Shown: positions 25,115 through 35,636 of the stretch, piece by piece
Layout: the number at the start of each line of letters is the position of its first letter
Position numbering within the stretch: the stretch's first letter is position 1
Assembly: GCA_035279725.1 (NCBI GenBank)
Contig: DATEHF010000052.1
Span: 79,766 to 143,765, forward strand
Origin: Candidatus Acidiferrum sp.
Lineage (GTDB): Bacteria; Acidobacteriota; Terriglobia; Acidiferrales; UBA7541
DNA: 64,000 nucleotides
Direction: 5' to 3'
The notes under the pieces: generated by a model
The model's database searches: none
Told to the model about the DNA's origin: nothing
What the model saw: the letters and a program-made list of their open reading frames with translations, nothing else
Made by a program: the position numbers and the translations under genes

Positions 25115-26620
25115 TCAACGTGGCGCTCTTTTCAGACGCAATGCGATCCCGTTCTTGAATTCAGGAGATTGCAGGACGATCACTTTCCCGGCAGCTTGGA
25201 AGTCTTCCGTACGCTCGGTGCCGCCCGTTCGGACGTTTACCCAAACGCCCAAATAGTGGCCTGCGGGCAAATCGAGCGTCATCTCTGCCGGACCGTCCCC
25301 ATCAAAGTACATTCCATATTCGTCGCCTGGATTCGAGAGGACTCGGGCGATGGTGCCCCCGGAGTGCTTCACAGTTTGAGTGTCCGGATGAAAATCCGCT
25401 AAGTTGAAGGCATGCAGGAAATCGCTCAAGACGTGCAACTGCTGCCGCAAAGCTTTGCTCCCGCCACCAGGTCCATTCGGTTCCGCATCTGACCCATCCT
25501 CATGGTTGGGAGAGAAGGAATAGTCCAGAGCGTCGAAGATGCTGCCGCCGGACAACATGAAATTCCAGGCTTGCCGTCGGTACGAATCGTCGTCACGCCC
25601 CATAAACCCCGTTTCATCGTAAGAAATCGCTTTGTCCAGGCCGTAGTTCCAGGATGCCGCTTCCGGATAGGCGTAGTGGAAATTAGCAATGCTGACGTGC
25701 GGCAACAACTGCCGGATCGGCAATCGAAAGTTGGAGTAGTTCTGAGCGATGAGATGCTTGTTGGGGAGCGTTGATTCTTCATTCGTGATCCACTCTACGA
25801 CCTTTGTTTGCCATGCCAAGGAAAGGTCGTCTGCCACTTCGGCGACGTTCGGAAATCGATCTCTGACGGGTGGTTGCAGGAACGGATTGACGGTTCCGAT
25901 TACACCTCCTGGAGCGGGGCGGTCGGACCAGGGCTCGTTCTGAATCTCGAAGACCACGTTGTCAAACTTATTGGCTTCGCGTACCAGCTTGCGTGTATAC
26001 CGCTCTTGATGCGCGAGGACGTTTCCGTTTTCTAACGTATGCAGCTTCTTCCAATCCATCGCTTCCGTTTTGTTTACGTTGTTCCCAGGATGAAAAGGGC
26101 TCAGATCCCATTGGGCATCGCCGTAGTGCGATGAAAATAGGCTGATCTCGACTATGATCCCGCGTTCTGAAGCGCTCGCGAGAAAATCATGAAACCGCTT
26201 GAAATATTCTGCATCCCAGCGATCGAGATCAAACTTGTTTCCGCCGCCTGCGTAATCCGGTGTCTCACTACGTGCCCACGGTGCAATGAATCTTCCGGGA
26301 GCGGGTGCTAGATCGTTTCGCAGGATGCCGAAGGATTTCCCAGGCACTTCGACGTAGCTGCCGCCGAAAAGGCGCGTGTAGTTGAGGCCGTCTGACTTCA
26401 GGGTTGTGAGGTAGCGCCGATAGTCAAAGTCCGCGTTCAGGACTGCTCCGTAATGTTCGCCGCTGGTGATGAACGCCACAGCCTTTCCGCGGAATAAGAA
26501 ACAGTGCGGATTTCTTGGATGCAGGCTAACAGGTTGTTCCCGCACCGTCCTTGTCTGTCCGGCCCACGCTACCGCGCAGAGAACGATGACCAACATCACT
26601 GCTAAGATTTTGCCGGACAT
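25115..26620 (-). CDS. secreted TIM-barrel glycoside hydrolase, GH5-like
   Basis: Signal peptide MSGKILAVMLVIVLCAVAWAG after an ATG with SD GGAGAAAAGG. FEIQNEPW (the NEP acid/base motif of clan GH-A). The family assignment is tentative. Confidence 0.55.
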   Translation of the reverse strand: MSGKILAVMLVIVLCAVAWAGQTRTVREQPVSLHPRNPHCFLFRGKAVAFITSGEHYGAVLNADFDYRRYLTTLKSDGLNYTRLFGGSYVEVPGKSFGILRNDLAPAPGRFIAPWARSETPDYAGGGNKFDLDRWDAEYFKRFHDFLASASERGIIVEISLFSSHYGDAQWDLSPFHPGNNVNKTEAMDWKKLHTLENGNVLAHQERYTRKLVREANKFDNVVFEIQNEPWSDRPAPGGVIGTVNPFLQPPVRDRFPNVAEVADDLSLAWQTKVVEWITNEESTLPNKHLIAQNYSNFRLPIRQLLPHVSIANFHYAYPEAASWNYGLDKAISYDETGFMGRDDDSYRRQAWNFMLSGGSIFDALDYSFSPNHEDGSDAEPNGPGGGSKALRQQLHVLSDFLHAFNLADFHPDTQTVKHSGGTIARVLSNPGDEYGMYFDGDGPAEMTLDLPAGHYLGVWVNVRTGGTERTEDFQAAGKVIVLQSPEFKNGIALRLKRAPR

Positions 26621-26768
26621 AGATTCCTTTTCTCCAATGGGCAACCATGCTCCACCCGTGCGGTCTATCTTAATGTGCTTTTGAGTTCGTTTCTCTGCCA
26701 CTTGTGGCACGGCTCGGCACCTCATGCATCGATGCAAAAAGAAAGATAAATGAGTAAGCTGTCTGGCC

Positions 26769-27311
26769 ATGGGTATGCCTCAGCTTCCTCCCGAACAAAT
26801 CAACCTGGTCTCTGAAGCTGTTGCCGACTACATCGCGAGCCAGCGCGATCGTTTCTTGAGACGCTCCGCAACGTTATCGAACACGCAGAGAGCGGCAATT
26901 GGGGCGTTTTTTCGCTCCGATTTGCTGGAAACAACTCAGGTCGTGGTCTTGGAGAAGGAAAGAATCGGGAATCCCGGTTTTTACGCGATGCTGCAAGGCC
27001 TGGGATTTTCCAACCTGCCGGACTTCGCGCGCATGGCTGCGGTGACGTTCAAGGATGTAGTGGTCTCCCATGAGCCCTTTTCTGACGGTCTTTTGTTTCA
27101 CGAATTCGTTCACGTCGAACAATATCGCCAGCTTGGCGTCCCGCGCTTTGCCGAACTCTATGTGCGAGGCTTTCTCAATGGTGGCGGTTACGACAGCATT
27201 CCACTCGAAATCAACGCCTACGATTTGGGCGCGCGGTACGAAGAGCATCCTGACCGTGCCTTTTCGGTGGAAGCTGAAGTTGGCTCATGGATCAGCCAAG
27301 GTCGGTTCTAG
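26769..27311 (+). CDS. hypothetical protein with HExxH motif
   Basis: 180 aa. The only recognisable feature is LLFHEFVHVEQY (HExxH). No signal peptide. Confidence 0.5.
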   Translation: MGMPQLPPEQINLVSEAVADYIASQRDRFLRRSATLSNTQRAAIGAFFRSDLLETTQVVVLEKERIGNPGFYAMLQGLGFSNLPDFARMAAVTFKDVVVSHEPFSDGLLFHEFVHVEQYRQLGVPRFAELYVRGFLNGGGYDSIPLEINAYDLGARYEEHPDRAFSVEAEVGSWISQGRF

Positions 27312-27344
27312 GGGAATTGATTGCATGTTTCTGGAGGACGCGGG

Positions 27345-28238
27345 ATGGTTATGAAGCGTTTTCTGATACTTCTCACCGCTCTCTGTTTTGGGCCGAACGC
27401 ATGGTGCCAAGCGAAGCCACAAGACTTACCTGGGGCGGCAAGACCCGGACCGGGATCGTTTGTGGACGTCGAAGCGGGGAAAATCTACTACGAGGAGTGC
27501 GGCACCGGTCCTGACGCCGTCATTCTAATCCATGATGGCATCGCGCATTCCGCCGTCTGGGACGATGTCTGGCCCACCTTCTGCAAGAAGTTCCACACCA
27601 TTCGTTACGACCGCCGTGGCTATGGCCGCTCACCGGCTTCGACGACGTGGTACACCGAAGCGGAAGATCTCGCGGCGCTCCTCGGCAATCGGAAAGTGAA
27701 CCACGCCGTTCTCGTTGGCAGTTCCCACGGGGGCGAACTCTCTATTGATTTCACGTTGCAATATTCTGCGCTAGTCCGTCAGCTCATCCTGGTGGGGGCG
27801 GTAGTTAGCGGCCTTCCATACAGCGACCATTTTCTCAATCGTGGCATGAGCAATTCCCGGCCGTTTGAGAAAAATGATGTCCCGGGCGGCCTCGCCAACT
27901 GGGCCAAAGACAAGTACCTGCTTGCGGCAGGGCACGACGCTGCCAAGAAACGCCTGCTCGATTTACTTACGGCCAATCCGCAGGATATGACGCACTCGGA
28001 CTATGCGCGGCCGACGCAAGCGGCGCTGCATCGCTTGAAGGAAATTCGCGTTCCTACGCTCATCCTCGTGGGCGATGCGGACATTCCGGACGTGCATGCT
28101 CACGCCGGAGCGATCGAGGCGGGCATTCCTGATTCAAAACGGGTGGTGATTAGCGATGCCGGTCATTTGATGTACCTGGAAAAACCAGAAGAATTCAGCC
28201 GCATCGTTGTCAGTTTCATCGACACAAACGGCCCGTAG
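27345..28238 (+). CDS. secreted alpha/beta hydrolase
   Basis: Signal peptide MVMKRFLILLTALCFGPNAWC. HG oxyanion motif LIHDG. Nucleophile elbow VGSSHGG. Late DAGH. Start at 27345 is 6 nt after GGAGGA; 27351 is an alternative. Confidence 0.8.
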   Translation: MVMKRFLILLTALCFGPNAWCQAKPQDLPGAARPGPGSFVDVEAGKIYYEECGTGPDAVILIHDGIAHSAVWDDVWPTFCKKFHTIRYDRRGYGRSPASTTWYTEAEDLAALLGNRKVNHAVLVGSSHGGELSIDFTLQYSALVRQLILVGAVVSGLPYSDHFLNRGMSNSRPFEKNDVPGGLANWAKDKYLLAAGHDAAKKRLLDLLTANPQDMTHSDYARPTQAALHRLKEIRVPTLILVGDADIPDVHAHAGAIEAGIPDSKRVVISDAGHLMYLEKPEEFSRIVVSFIDTNGP

Positions 28239-28401
28239 GCAAGGGCTTGTGAAGAATTTGGAAGTGAGAGGGGAAGCCTTCGGACAGTTGCAAGCAGTGC
28301 CACCGCTTTGCTCGTGCCTTTGACTCGACCTGCCTAGCGGCATAGAATCTCGCCGCAAGATAGACGGAGAGCCAGCAAGAATTCTTTGAGGGAGCGATGA
28401 C

Positions 28402-29964
28402 ATGAAAAAGAGCTTGTATCTTTGTGCGGCCGGAATTCTTTTGTGGTGCGCGAACGGCGCGCCGCTTGCGGCCCAGACGTCGGATAGGGAAGCGAGGGCC
28501 CCGGAAGCAAAGCCTGCAGACAAGTGCGACGCGGCGACGTCGAAAGAAGAAACTTCCGTGACCGATCACACCATCAAGATCGGAGGCCAAACCATTCCTT
28601 ACAAAGCCACCGCCAGCACTACGCTCCTCAAAAATGAAAAAGGCGAGTCCACCGGATTGATGTACTCCGCCGCATACACGCGCAGCGATGTGAGGGATCT
28701 AAGCGTGCGTCCGATTGCCTTCCTATACAACGGCGGACCAGGATCGGCGACCATGTGGCTCCACATGGGGGCGTTTGGCCCGCGCCGGGTTTACACCGTC
28801 GATGGCACGTTTACTCCGCCTGCGCCGTATAGGCTGGTGGACAATCCCGAGAGCTTGCTGGACAAAACGGATCTGGTTTTCATTGATGCGATGGGGACGG
28901 GCTACAGTCACGCAGTCTGCAAAGCGGAAAACAAAGACTTTTATGGCATCGACGAAGACGTGGATGCTTTCGCGCAGTTCATCGTCACCTACTTGAGCCG
29001 CAACGACCGCTGGAATTCCCCCAAATTTCTGATTGGGGAAAGCTACGGAACGTTCCGCTCGGCGGCCCTCGGCAATTATCTGCAATCGCATGACACTGTG
29101 CACTTGAACGGCATCGCGTTGATTTCTTCCGTACTCGATCTGGCCTCGCTCACGTTTGCGCCCGGCGATGACCGGCCGTTTATCTTTTATCTGCCGAGCT
29201 ACGCGGCGACAGCTTGGTACCACAAACTCCTGAAAGATCGCCCTGCCGATTTGCCAGGATTCATTGAAGAAGCGCGCAAGTTCGCGCAGGGAGATTACGC
29301 CGCTGCGCTATTCAAGGGCGGAGAACTCTCTGGCGGCGAGAAAGCTGCCGTTGCCAAAAAAGTTTCCTACTTCACCGGCTTGAGCGAGGATTATTTGATC
29401 AAGGCCGATCTGCGCGTGAACCTCAGCCAGTTCCGCGCAGAATTGCAGCGCGGTTCGCGTTTGACCACAGGAAGGATTGACGCGCGCTTCACCGGGTACA
29501 CCTACGATCTGCTCGAGGAAAACGCTCAGGGGGATCCCGAAGGGCCCGCCGTAGGAGGCGCGTTCACTGCGCTGATCAATTCCTACAACCACGACGAACT
29601 AAAATTCGGAAAGGACAAGGTCTATCACAACACCAGCGGAGGCGGGAATTGGAACTGGGTTCGCAAAGAGGGTGGGCCGAGACGGTTTTTCCCCGGCGCA
29701 CCCAACGTCGATCAGGATCTAGCCCAGGCCATGATCACGAACCCTCGGCTGCTGGTGCAGGTCGAGAATGGCTATTTCGATCTGGCCACGCCCTTTTTCG
29801 CCACGGAATTCACGATGGAGCACCTAGGACTTCCTGAAGCCTTACAGAAGAACATCAAGGAGGATTACTACAACGCGGGCCATATGATGTACTTGCATGA
29901 CCAGGACCGCGTCAGCTTGCACCACCAAATCGCTGGTTTCATCGAGCGAGCGACGCAGCAATAG
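28402..29964 (+). CDS. secreted serine carboxypeptidase, peptidase S10 family
   Basis: 520 aa. Signal peptide MKKSLYLCAAGILLWCANGAPLAA. Blocks NGGPGSA and the catalytic GESYG. SD GAGGGAG. Confidence 0.8.
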   Translation: MKKSLYLCAAGILLWCANGAPLAAQTSDREARAPEAKPADKCDAATSKEETSVTDHTIKIGGQTIPYKATASTTLLKNEKGESTGLMYSAAYTRSDVRDLSVRPIAFLYNGGPGSATMWLHMGAFGPRRVYTVDGTFTPPAPYRLVDNPESLLDKTDLVFIDAMGTGYSHAVCKAENKDFYGIDEDVDAFAQFIVTYLSRNDRWNSPKFLIGESYGTFRSAALGNYLQSHDTVHLNGIALISSVLDLASLTFAPGDDRPFIFYLPSYAATAWYHKLLKDRPADLPGFIEEARKFAQGDYAAALFKGGELSGGEKAAVAKKVSYFTGLSEDYLIKADLRVNLSQFRAELQRGSRLTTGRIDARFTGYTYDLLEENAQGDPEGPAVGGAFTALINSYNHDELKFGKDKVYHNTSGGGNWNWVRKEGGPRRFFPGAPNVDQDLAQAMITNPRLLVQVENGYFDLATPFFATEFTMEHLGLPEALQKNIKEDYYNAGHMMYLHDQDRVSLHHQIAGFIERATQQ

Positions 29965-30033
29965 GGAATTCGAAAATGGAAATTAAGTGAAGGCACTCGG
30001 ACCTTCCGATTGCAGTTCTGGAAGGGCGCTGAA

Positions 30034-30642
30034 TCAGTACGTCAGCGACCAGCCGACGACCGTCATCGTTAGCACGACGAGCAGCATTGCTGTGCTGACG
30101 ATGCTTAGCGTCCGTCCATGCCCCAGCAAGTAGTCGCGTGATTCTGGATCAATACAAAGGAGAATGGTTACGATCAAAACTACGCCCCAAGCTAACAGGA
30201 TTGGAACGCCTTGGTAGCGGCCGATCATATCGAAGAATTGCGCGGGAGGTTGTCCCGCGGGGATCCACCAGGGAAGCAGCGGCGCGACTCCAGCGGCGAG
30301 AGAGAACGTCAGCAATTTTCGCGTGAACCAACCCTTAACCTTAGGACGGGCTTCTTTCCAGATGAAGTAATCCCAGGCGAGCAGGCCGATCGCCAGGGGC
30401 ACCCAGCCGTACAGGGCAAACTTCTGGTCAAACCAATACCAGCCGCGGAACAAGCCACGCCCATGCTGTGCCATGGCCAGACGGGGCAGCAAAAACAGGC
30501 CCAGGACCGTATTGCACAGCACGGCCACAAAAATGGTCATCAAGCCCATGAATTGGAACCAGTACCGCGTGGGTACTCTTTTACAACGAGTACACACGGA
30601 CTGTTTGGGCAGGAAGTTCAGTCCACAGCGGTCGCAGTACAC
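30034..30642 (-). CDS. membrane protein with N-terminal zinc-ribbon
   Basis: CxxC...CxxC (MYCDRCGLNFLPKQSVCTRCK) followed by about 5 TM helices. Confidence 0.58.
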   Translation of the reverse strand: MYCDRCGLNFLPKQSVCTRCKRVPTRYWFQFMGLMTIFVAVLCNTVLGLFLLPRLAMAQHGRGLFRGWYWFDQKFALYGWVPLAIGLLAWDYFIWKEARPKVKGWFTRKLLTFSLAAGVAPLLPWWIPAGQPPAQFFDMIGRYQGVPILLAWGVVLIVTILLCIDPESRDYLLGHGRTLSIVSTAMLLVVLTMTVVGWSLTY

Positions 30643-30834
30643 GGCAGCTCTCCCAACGGCAGGGACACAAACCCGCCATCGCCGTCAGGTTACAGCGTTT
30701 ATGTTTCCAAAAACTACTGGTCAGAGGGTCAGTTTTGGTATCAGCCTGATTTGTTGCACAAAAGTTTGCTTGCCAGGGCTAGCGAAACCGCGCGCTTTTC
30801 TGCGGTTTCCATGATCAGATTTCGAGGCCGTTGA

Positions 30835-31494
30835 TCAGCGGAACCAGGAGGGAAGCGCTCCGGCTTTGCGGCCTTCGTCCTGTAACTCCTCAAACTGCTT
30901 TTCCAGATCGGCTTTGTGGGCTTCCAATTGCTTTAACTCGGCATTTCGGTCATGAATGTAAGCGATGTTGTCTTTCCTCCCGGTCATGACATCGAAACCG
31001 CCGCTTCCGAACTTCTTAATTTCTTCTCTTTTCTGGGCAATTTGTTCGTCGGTCTGTGCGATGGCATCAAGAAATTGTTGCGCTCTACCGCGCCAGTATT
31101 CTTCCGGGTTCTGGCCGTTGTCGCCATCGGGATCGTCTGCGGGCTGCGAGCGCCGTGTATTTTTCCTTGGCGGATCGCCGACTACGGAGACTCCCGGACC
31201 CTTCATGCCCTTCAAATCATCTTCGGTATAGACTTTGCCCTTCGGCGGCACATCCGGTTTCTTTGCCTTAGCTTTGCGCGCGGCTTCCGCCAGCGAATCT
31301 TGTTTTGCTGGAGGCGGGTCGAGTGTCGCGGGCTGCGCCTGCGATGGAGTTTGGGCTGGCCCGGAAGATTGCTGCGAAGAGGAGGAAGATTGGTCGGATG
31401 AGGACGATTGCGCGAAAGCCGCGGCAAAGGGCCAAGCTAGTACCAGCAGGCCGCAGAGAATCCTCAGAGTTCGTTTTGCAAAGAGATGGAACAT
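30835..31494 (-). CDS. secreted low-complexity / coiled-coil protein, function unknown
   Basis: Start at ATG 31494 gives the signal peptide MFHLFAKRTLRILCGLLVLAWPFAAAFA. A Ser/Gln-rich tract (SSSSDQSSSSSQQSS) follows, then a charged helical C-terminus. Confidence 0.55.
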   Translation of the reverse strand: MFHLFAKRTLRILCGLLVLAWPFAAAFAQSSSSDQSSSSSQQSSGPAQTPSQAQPATLDPPPAKQDSLAEAARKAKAKKPDVPPKGKVYTEDDLKGMKGPGVSVVGDPPRKNTRRSQPADDPDGDNGQNPEEYWRGRAQQFLDAIAQTDEQIAQKREEIKKFGSGGFDVMTGRKDNIAYIHDRNAELKQLEAHKADLEKQFEELQDEGRKAGALPSWFR

Positions 31495-31711
31495 GGCTGA
31501 CTCCGGTCTTCCGCCGAGGTAATTACAAGCTACGCCCGGAGGGTGCACTGGTCAAGGCGCTTGAGCGCTGCAGGTTCGCGCGAGGCATTGGGCGGATTGC
31601 CTCATCTGGCTTGCTGCATCGCGCGGCCACGCTAAGTTGCTCGAACATGACGGCGTTTGGTACAGTGCCAATTCACGCAATCGAGCGCTTGAATCCCGAA
31701 CGGAGAGTCAA

Positions 31712-31885
31712 ATGGAGATTCCGAAATACGCTCTCGACATCCTGGTCTGTCCCGTCTGCAAGACGCGAGTGGAACTGCTCAGCGACGGGTCGGGGCTGAA
31801 GTGCGCTTCCTGCCGCCGAGTCTATCCGGTTCGCGATGAAATTCCGGTGATGCTCCCGGAAGAAGCCAAAATCGCCGAGGAATAG
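31712..31885 (+). CDS. Trm112/UPF0434 (YcaR-like) zinc-ribbon protein
   Basis: 57 aa. [10 protein letters not shown]...[20 protein letters not shown] is the Trm112p-like signature. Confidence 0.75.
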   Translation: MEIPKYALDILVCPVCKTRVELLSDGSGLKCASCRRVYPVRDEIPVMLPEEAKIAEE

Positions 31886-31916
31886 ACGGCCTGGCAACCG
31901 AAACTTCAAAGAGACC

Positions 31917-32981
31917 ATGTCTGACCACATTGCCGATGCCGTTCCCCGGTTGAAACGATTAATCCCGCGACTACGCGGCAAGCGCATCGGCGTGCTGGGC
32001 GACCTGATGCTGGACCGCTACCTCTGGGGCACGGCTTCGCGGCTTTCCCCGGAAGCCGCAGTTCCGGTCGTGGATTTCGTGGAACAGAGCGAGTGCCTAG
32101 GTGGGGCGGGGAACGTTGCCGCAAACATTGCGGCATTGGGCGCTCGGCTGGAAGTCTTTGGGGTTACCGGGAATGACGAGCCCGGGCGCGCTCTGCAAGA
32201 ATGCCTTCGCGCCGCGAATATCGGGGACAAAGGCGTTATTGGCGATGCAAAGCGCGTGACCACGGTGAAAACGCGTATCATCGCGCGGCACCAGCAAGTG
32301 GTGCGTGTGGATCACGAGCGTCGCGAGCCCCTACGCAGCGAGACGCAAGGAAGACTTTTGCAGATTCTTTTTACGGCGCTCAAGAAACTGGATGCGTTGG
32401 TGCTTTCCGATTACGACAAAGGACTGATTACCGACGATTTCGCTGACCGAGTATTGAGCGCCGCGCATCGATTGCACGTTCCCGTTTTCGTGAAGCCGAA
32501 GACTTCGCGCCTATACGCATACCGCGGGGCGCGGGCGATCGTGTGCAATGCGAAGGAAGCGGGTTTCTACGTCACGCAATCGCTGAGCGACGAGAAATCT
32601 GTCGAAGAGGCAGGCCACAAACTGCTAGCTCACTTCGGCTGCAGCGCTGTCGTAATTACGCGCGGCGTAAGCGGAATGAATGTTTTTGATGAATCCTCGC
32701 AGCGTAGTCTTCATATTCCGGCCACGGGCTTTGAAGTGACTTATGCCCGCGTGGGGCAAGCCGGCGTGGAACGCGGAGCGACCGGCCGGCAAGTCTTTGA
32801 CGTGACCGGAGCAGGCGACACCGTGCTGAGCGTCCTCGCACTATGCGTAGCAGCTGGGGCTCCGCTAGCCGACGCCGCCATGCTTGCCAATGCCGCCGCC
32901 GGCGTCGTCGTCGGCAAATTGGGCACCGCCAGCGTCAGCCCGCAGGAACTTCTTCACGCTCTCAACGATATTCGCCGGTAG
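31917..32981 (+). CDS. PfkB-family sugar kinase, D-glycero-beta-D-manno-heptose-7-phosphate kinase-like (RfaE domain I only)
   Basis: 354 aa. Blocks VLGDLMLDRYLWG, GGAGNVA and the C-terminal DVTGAGDT anion-hole motif. No adenylyltransferase domain. Confidence 0.72.
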   Translation: MSDHIADAVPRLKRLIPRLRGKRIGVLGDLMLDRYLWGTASRLSPEAAVPVVDFVEQSECLGGAGNVAANIAALGARLEVFGVTGNDEPGRALQECLRAANIGDKGVIGDAKRVTTVKTRIIARHQQVVRVDHERREPLRSETQGRLLQILFTALKKLDALVLSDYDKGLITDDFADRVLSAAHRLHVPVFVKPKTSRLYAYRGARAIVCNAKEAGFYVTQSLSDEKSVEEAGHKLLAHFGCSAVVITRGVSGMNVFDESSQRSLHIPATGFEVTYARVGQAGVERGATGRQVFDVTGAGDTVLSVLALCVAAGAPLADAAMLANAAAGVVVGKLGTASVSPQELLHALNDIRR

Positions 32982-33011
32982 CGGCGATAGATGTATTCCA
33001 TTCTGAAGGGA

Positions 33012-33458
33012 TTAAGGAACGGGAAAGCTGAAAGACTTATCCGCTGATTGAACCCAGACTTCGACGAACTTTGTTTTGTGACCCTTTTCCACGTCGGAGC
33101 TGTCCGGCATTGATGAGAAGGGGCTGACATCCACCGAAACCGCAACAGAGTGAGAGCCGCTAGGCGACTTCGTACGGAGAATCCGGTAGCTCTTCACCGG
33201 GCCATAGTAGCCCTGGGGTCCCCAGTCGGCGAGGAAATCCTTCATCGCGTAGGTCGGACCAGGCTTCCAAAGTTGATAGGCCTGGGCGGTGTCGCCGGCA
33301 ACGAGGGTGTCAAAGAAACGCTCTGCGGCCCGCTTTTCGGGATAGTAGCGGAAGGTGAAGTACAGCGCGACTATCGCGACGACCGCAAGCGCCGCGATGG
33401 TGAAAGCCATAGCCCGTGATTTGTTTGGTTTATCGGCAGGTGGATCGAAAAGTGACAT
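33012..33458 (-). CDS. membrane-anchored protein, function unknown
   Basis: 148 aa with a single N-terminal TM helix (MAFTIAALAVVAIVALYFTF). The remainder is soluble with no known motif. Confidence 0.5.
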   Translation of the reverse strand: MSLFDPPADKPNKSRAMAFTIAALAVVAIVALYFTFRYYPEKRAAERFFDTLVAGDTAQAYQLWKPGPTYAMKDFLADWGPQGYYGPVKSYRILRTKSPSGSHSVAVSVDVSPFSSMPDSSDVEKGHKTKFVEVWVQSADKSFSFPVP

Positions 33459-33664
33459 TCAGTAGTCTCCTGCCCCGCGAGCGTCGGAATCAAACTTGAC
33501 GTTGCCGCAGCGCCATCCCTGAGCCGTTCAGCAACATTAAAATCCTAACAGACTCAATGCGTCCTAGTAAAAGGCCGAGAAAAGAATAGCGCTGGCTTAA
33601 CGGGATTGTCGGAGTCTCCTTACCGCTGAGTCTGAGAATGCGAAATTGATTTAGCGGTTCGGGT

Positions 33665-34795
33665 TCAGCCTTCGAGGGCACCACCGGAGCCGGCGGGAAG
33701 CTCGATCTGGTATTTGGTTCGGGTTTTTTCGGCGTGCTGTTCAAGGGCGAGCTCAATCAGCTTGTCAATGAGTTCGCGGAAGGGCAGGCCGCTGGCTTCC
33801 CACATTTTCGGGAACATGCTGATGGAAGTGAAGCCGGGGATGGTGTTCACTTCGTTCAGATAAATCTTGCCGCCCGTTTTTTCCAGGAAAAAATCGACGC
33901 GAGCCATGCCGCCCAATTCGAGCGCTCGAAATGCGTCCACTGCGTACTTTTGGATTTTCTCGACCTGCGGAGGTTTCAGCTGCGCGGGAATCAGGATTTG
34001 CGAGCCTTCTTCCAGATATTTCGCGGCGTAATCATAAAATTCGCGGTGCGGAACGATTTCGCCGGGGATCGACGCCTTTGGATCGTGATTGCCAAGCACG
34101 GAAACTTCGATTTCGCGCGCGACCACGCATTGCTCGACAAGGATTTTCATTGCGAATTCGGCGGCAAGATTCAATGCCGGCGCCAGCTCCGCCCGCGAGT
34201 GGACTTTGGTCATGCCCACAGATGATCCGAGCGTGGCGGGTTTTACAAACACTGGATAACTGAATTTCAATTCAACGGCGCCTTGAGTTCCTTCGGGATT
34301 GTTTTCCCATTCGTGGCGATGAACGGTGATCCATGGCACCACGGGGATTTTGGCTACTTGCAGCAGGCGTTTGGTGACGTCCTTGTCCATGCCGATGGCG
34401 GAGCCGAGAACCCCTGCGCCAACAAAAGGCAAGCCGGCGAGATCAAGCAGGCCTTGAATCGTTCCATCTTCGCCGAAGGTGCCATGCATCACCGGGAAAA
34501 CGACGTCGATGCGCTGGCCGCCGCCGCTGCCGTCTAATTTCACCAGGGCGGCATCGGTGGGGTCGGCGGTCATCATGACGCGCTGGCCACCCTTCAAGAC
34601 TTCAGGGAGCATTTTTTGCGCGGCGCTACCAATCAGCCAGTGGCCTTCTTTGGAGATGCCGATGGGCACGGCTTCGTACTTGTCAGGATCCAATCCACGG
34701 ATTACCGAGGCTGCCGACGCGAGCGAGACTTCGTGTTCGCCGGAGCGCCCGCCGAAGAGTATGCCGACGCGGAGTCTTTTCTTATCAGGGCTCAT
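33665..34795 (-). CDS. ddl: D-alanine--D-alanine ligase
   Basis: 376 aa. Blocks VGILFGGRSGEHEVSL, HGTFGEDGTIQGLL, VKPATLGSSVG and LNEVNTIPGFT. Confidence 0.93.
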   Translation of the reverse strand: MSPDKKRLRVGILFGGRSGEHEVSLASAASVIRGLDPDKYEAVPIGISKEGHWLIGSAAQKMLPEVLKGGQRVMMTADPTDAALVKLDGSGGGQRIDVVFPVMHGTFGEDGTIQGLLDLAGLPFVGAGVLGSAIGMDKDVTKRLLQVAKIPVVPWITVHRHEWENNPEGTQGAVELKFSYPVFVKPATLGSSVGMTKVHSRAELAPALNLAAEFAMKILVEQCVVAREIEVSVLGNHDPKASIPGEIVPHREFYDYAAKYLEEGSQILIPAQLKPPQVEKIQKYAVDAFRALELGGMARVDFFLEKTGGKIYLNEVNTIPGFTSISMFPKMWEASGLPFRELIDKLIELALEQHAEKTRTKYQIELPAGSGGALEG

Positions 34796-35003
34796 AGAAG
34801 TTTTTGGTTGTCAGTTTTCAGTTATAAGTGAAAAAAGAGGATTGGTGGAGCGGTTGTTTTTTTCCGCGTTCTGAATTGACAACGGACGACGATCGCGGAG
34901 AAGCGGCCCGCGTCCCCGACAGGAGTTGGAGTAAAACAGAAGGCGGCCCCTACAGGTGACCCGCTCGTGCGTACATTGTGAGAATCGTTCACGAGTAGCT
35001 CGA

Positions 35004-35390
35004 TCAGACGCGTGACTGGACGAGAGCGGCGAGGCGCTTGGGTGCAGTGAGGAGATAACTGCCAACGAGGAGTTCACGAACTTCGTCCCAGTCGACTTTG
35101 CCGAGGTCGAGGTGGAGAGCGACCCACCCGCGCGGACCGATATAGGCCGGAAGGTAGTAACGCTTGGGTTGGGCCGCGGCTAGGGCGGTGTTTTCTCCGG
35201 GGAGAACTTTGCAGGTGACGGCGACGATGCCGTCGCCGTGGTGGTTGTCGAGGAAATAGGCGAACGTTTTCCTGCGCACAAGGAAGGAGGCGTGCGAGCC
35301 GTGGATCTCACGCTTCGTTTCGGGAAGAGCAAGAACCAGCTTGGTCAGAGCAGTGAGACGCGGATCTTTGGCTGATGAAGGCTTATTCAA
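35004..35390 (-). CDS. MmcQ/YjbR-family protein
   Basis: 128 aa. The pattern ALPETKREIHGSHASFLVRRKTFAYF...YLPAYIGPRGWVALHLD fits the YjbR fold family. The start is TTG and uncertain. Confidence 0.65.
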   Translation of the reverse strand: MNKPSSAKDPRLTALTKLVLALPETKREIHGSHASFLVRRKTFAYFLDNHHGDGIVAVTCKVLPGENTALAAAQPKRYYLPAYIGPRGWVALHLDLGKVDWDEVRELLVGSYLLTAPKRLAALVQSRV

Positions 35391-35551
35391 GAGGTCGTCC
35401 TGGAAGAAAAGATACGGGAGGAGATGGGGTACCCCCGGGCAATTTGGATGAATATCAAAACAAAAGACTTAAGAAATTTGCATTTCATAAATGCTTGATT
35501 CTAAGAGAGATGCCTTTAGTTGGTCAAACGGGGCATGGACGGAAAAGGCTT

Positions 35552-35630
35552 CCTAAAAAGGAAAAGCGGGAGCCCTTCGGCTTTCCGCTCAAGATAAACA
35601 AGCTCTCGAACTCCAACGCTGTTATCTACG
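35552..35630 (-). ncRNA. candidate ~80-nt small RNA or terminated leader transcript
   Basis: Bounded upstream by a near-consensus promoter at 35637..35664(-). Bounded downstream by a hairpin (35565..35589, GC-rich stem with CTTC/GAAG loop) followed on the minus strand by TTTTCCTTTTT. An internal stem is also possible (AGATAAC / GTTTATCT). No plausible ORF. Confidence 0.35.
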
Positions 35631-35636
35631 AGAATA

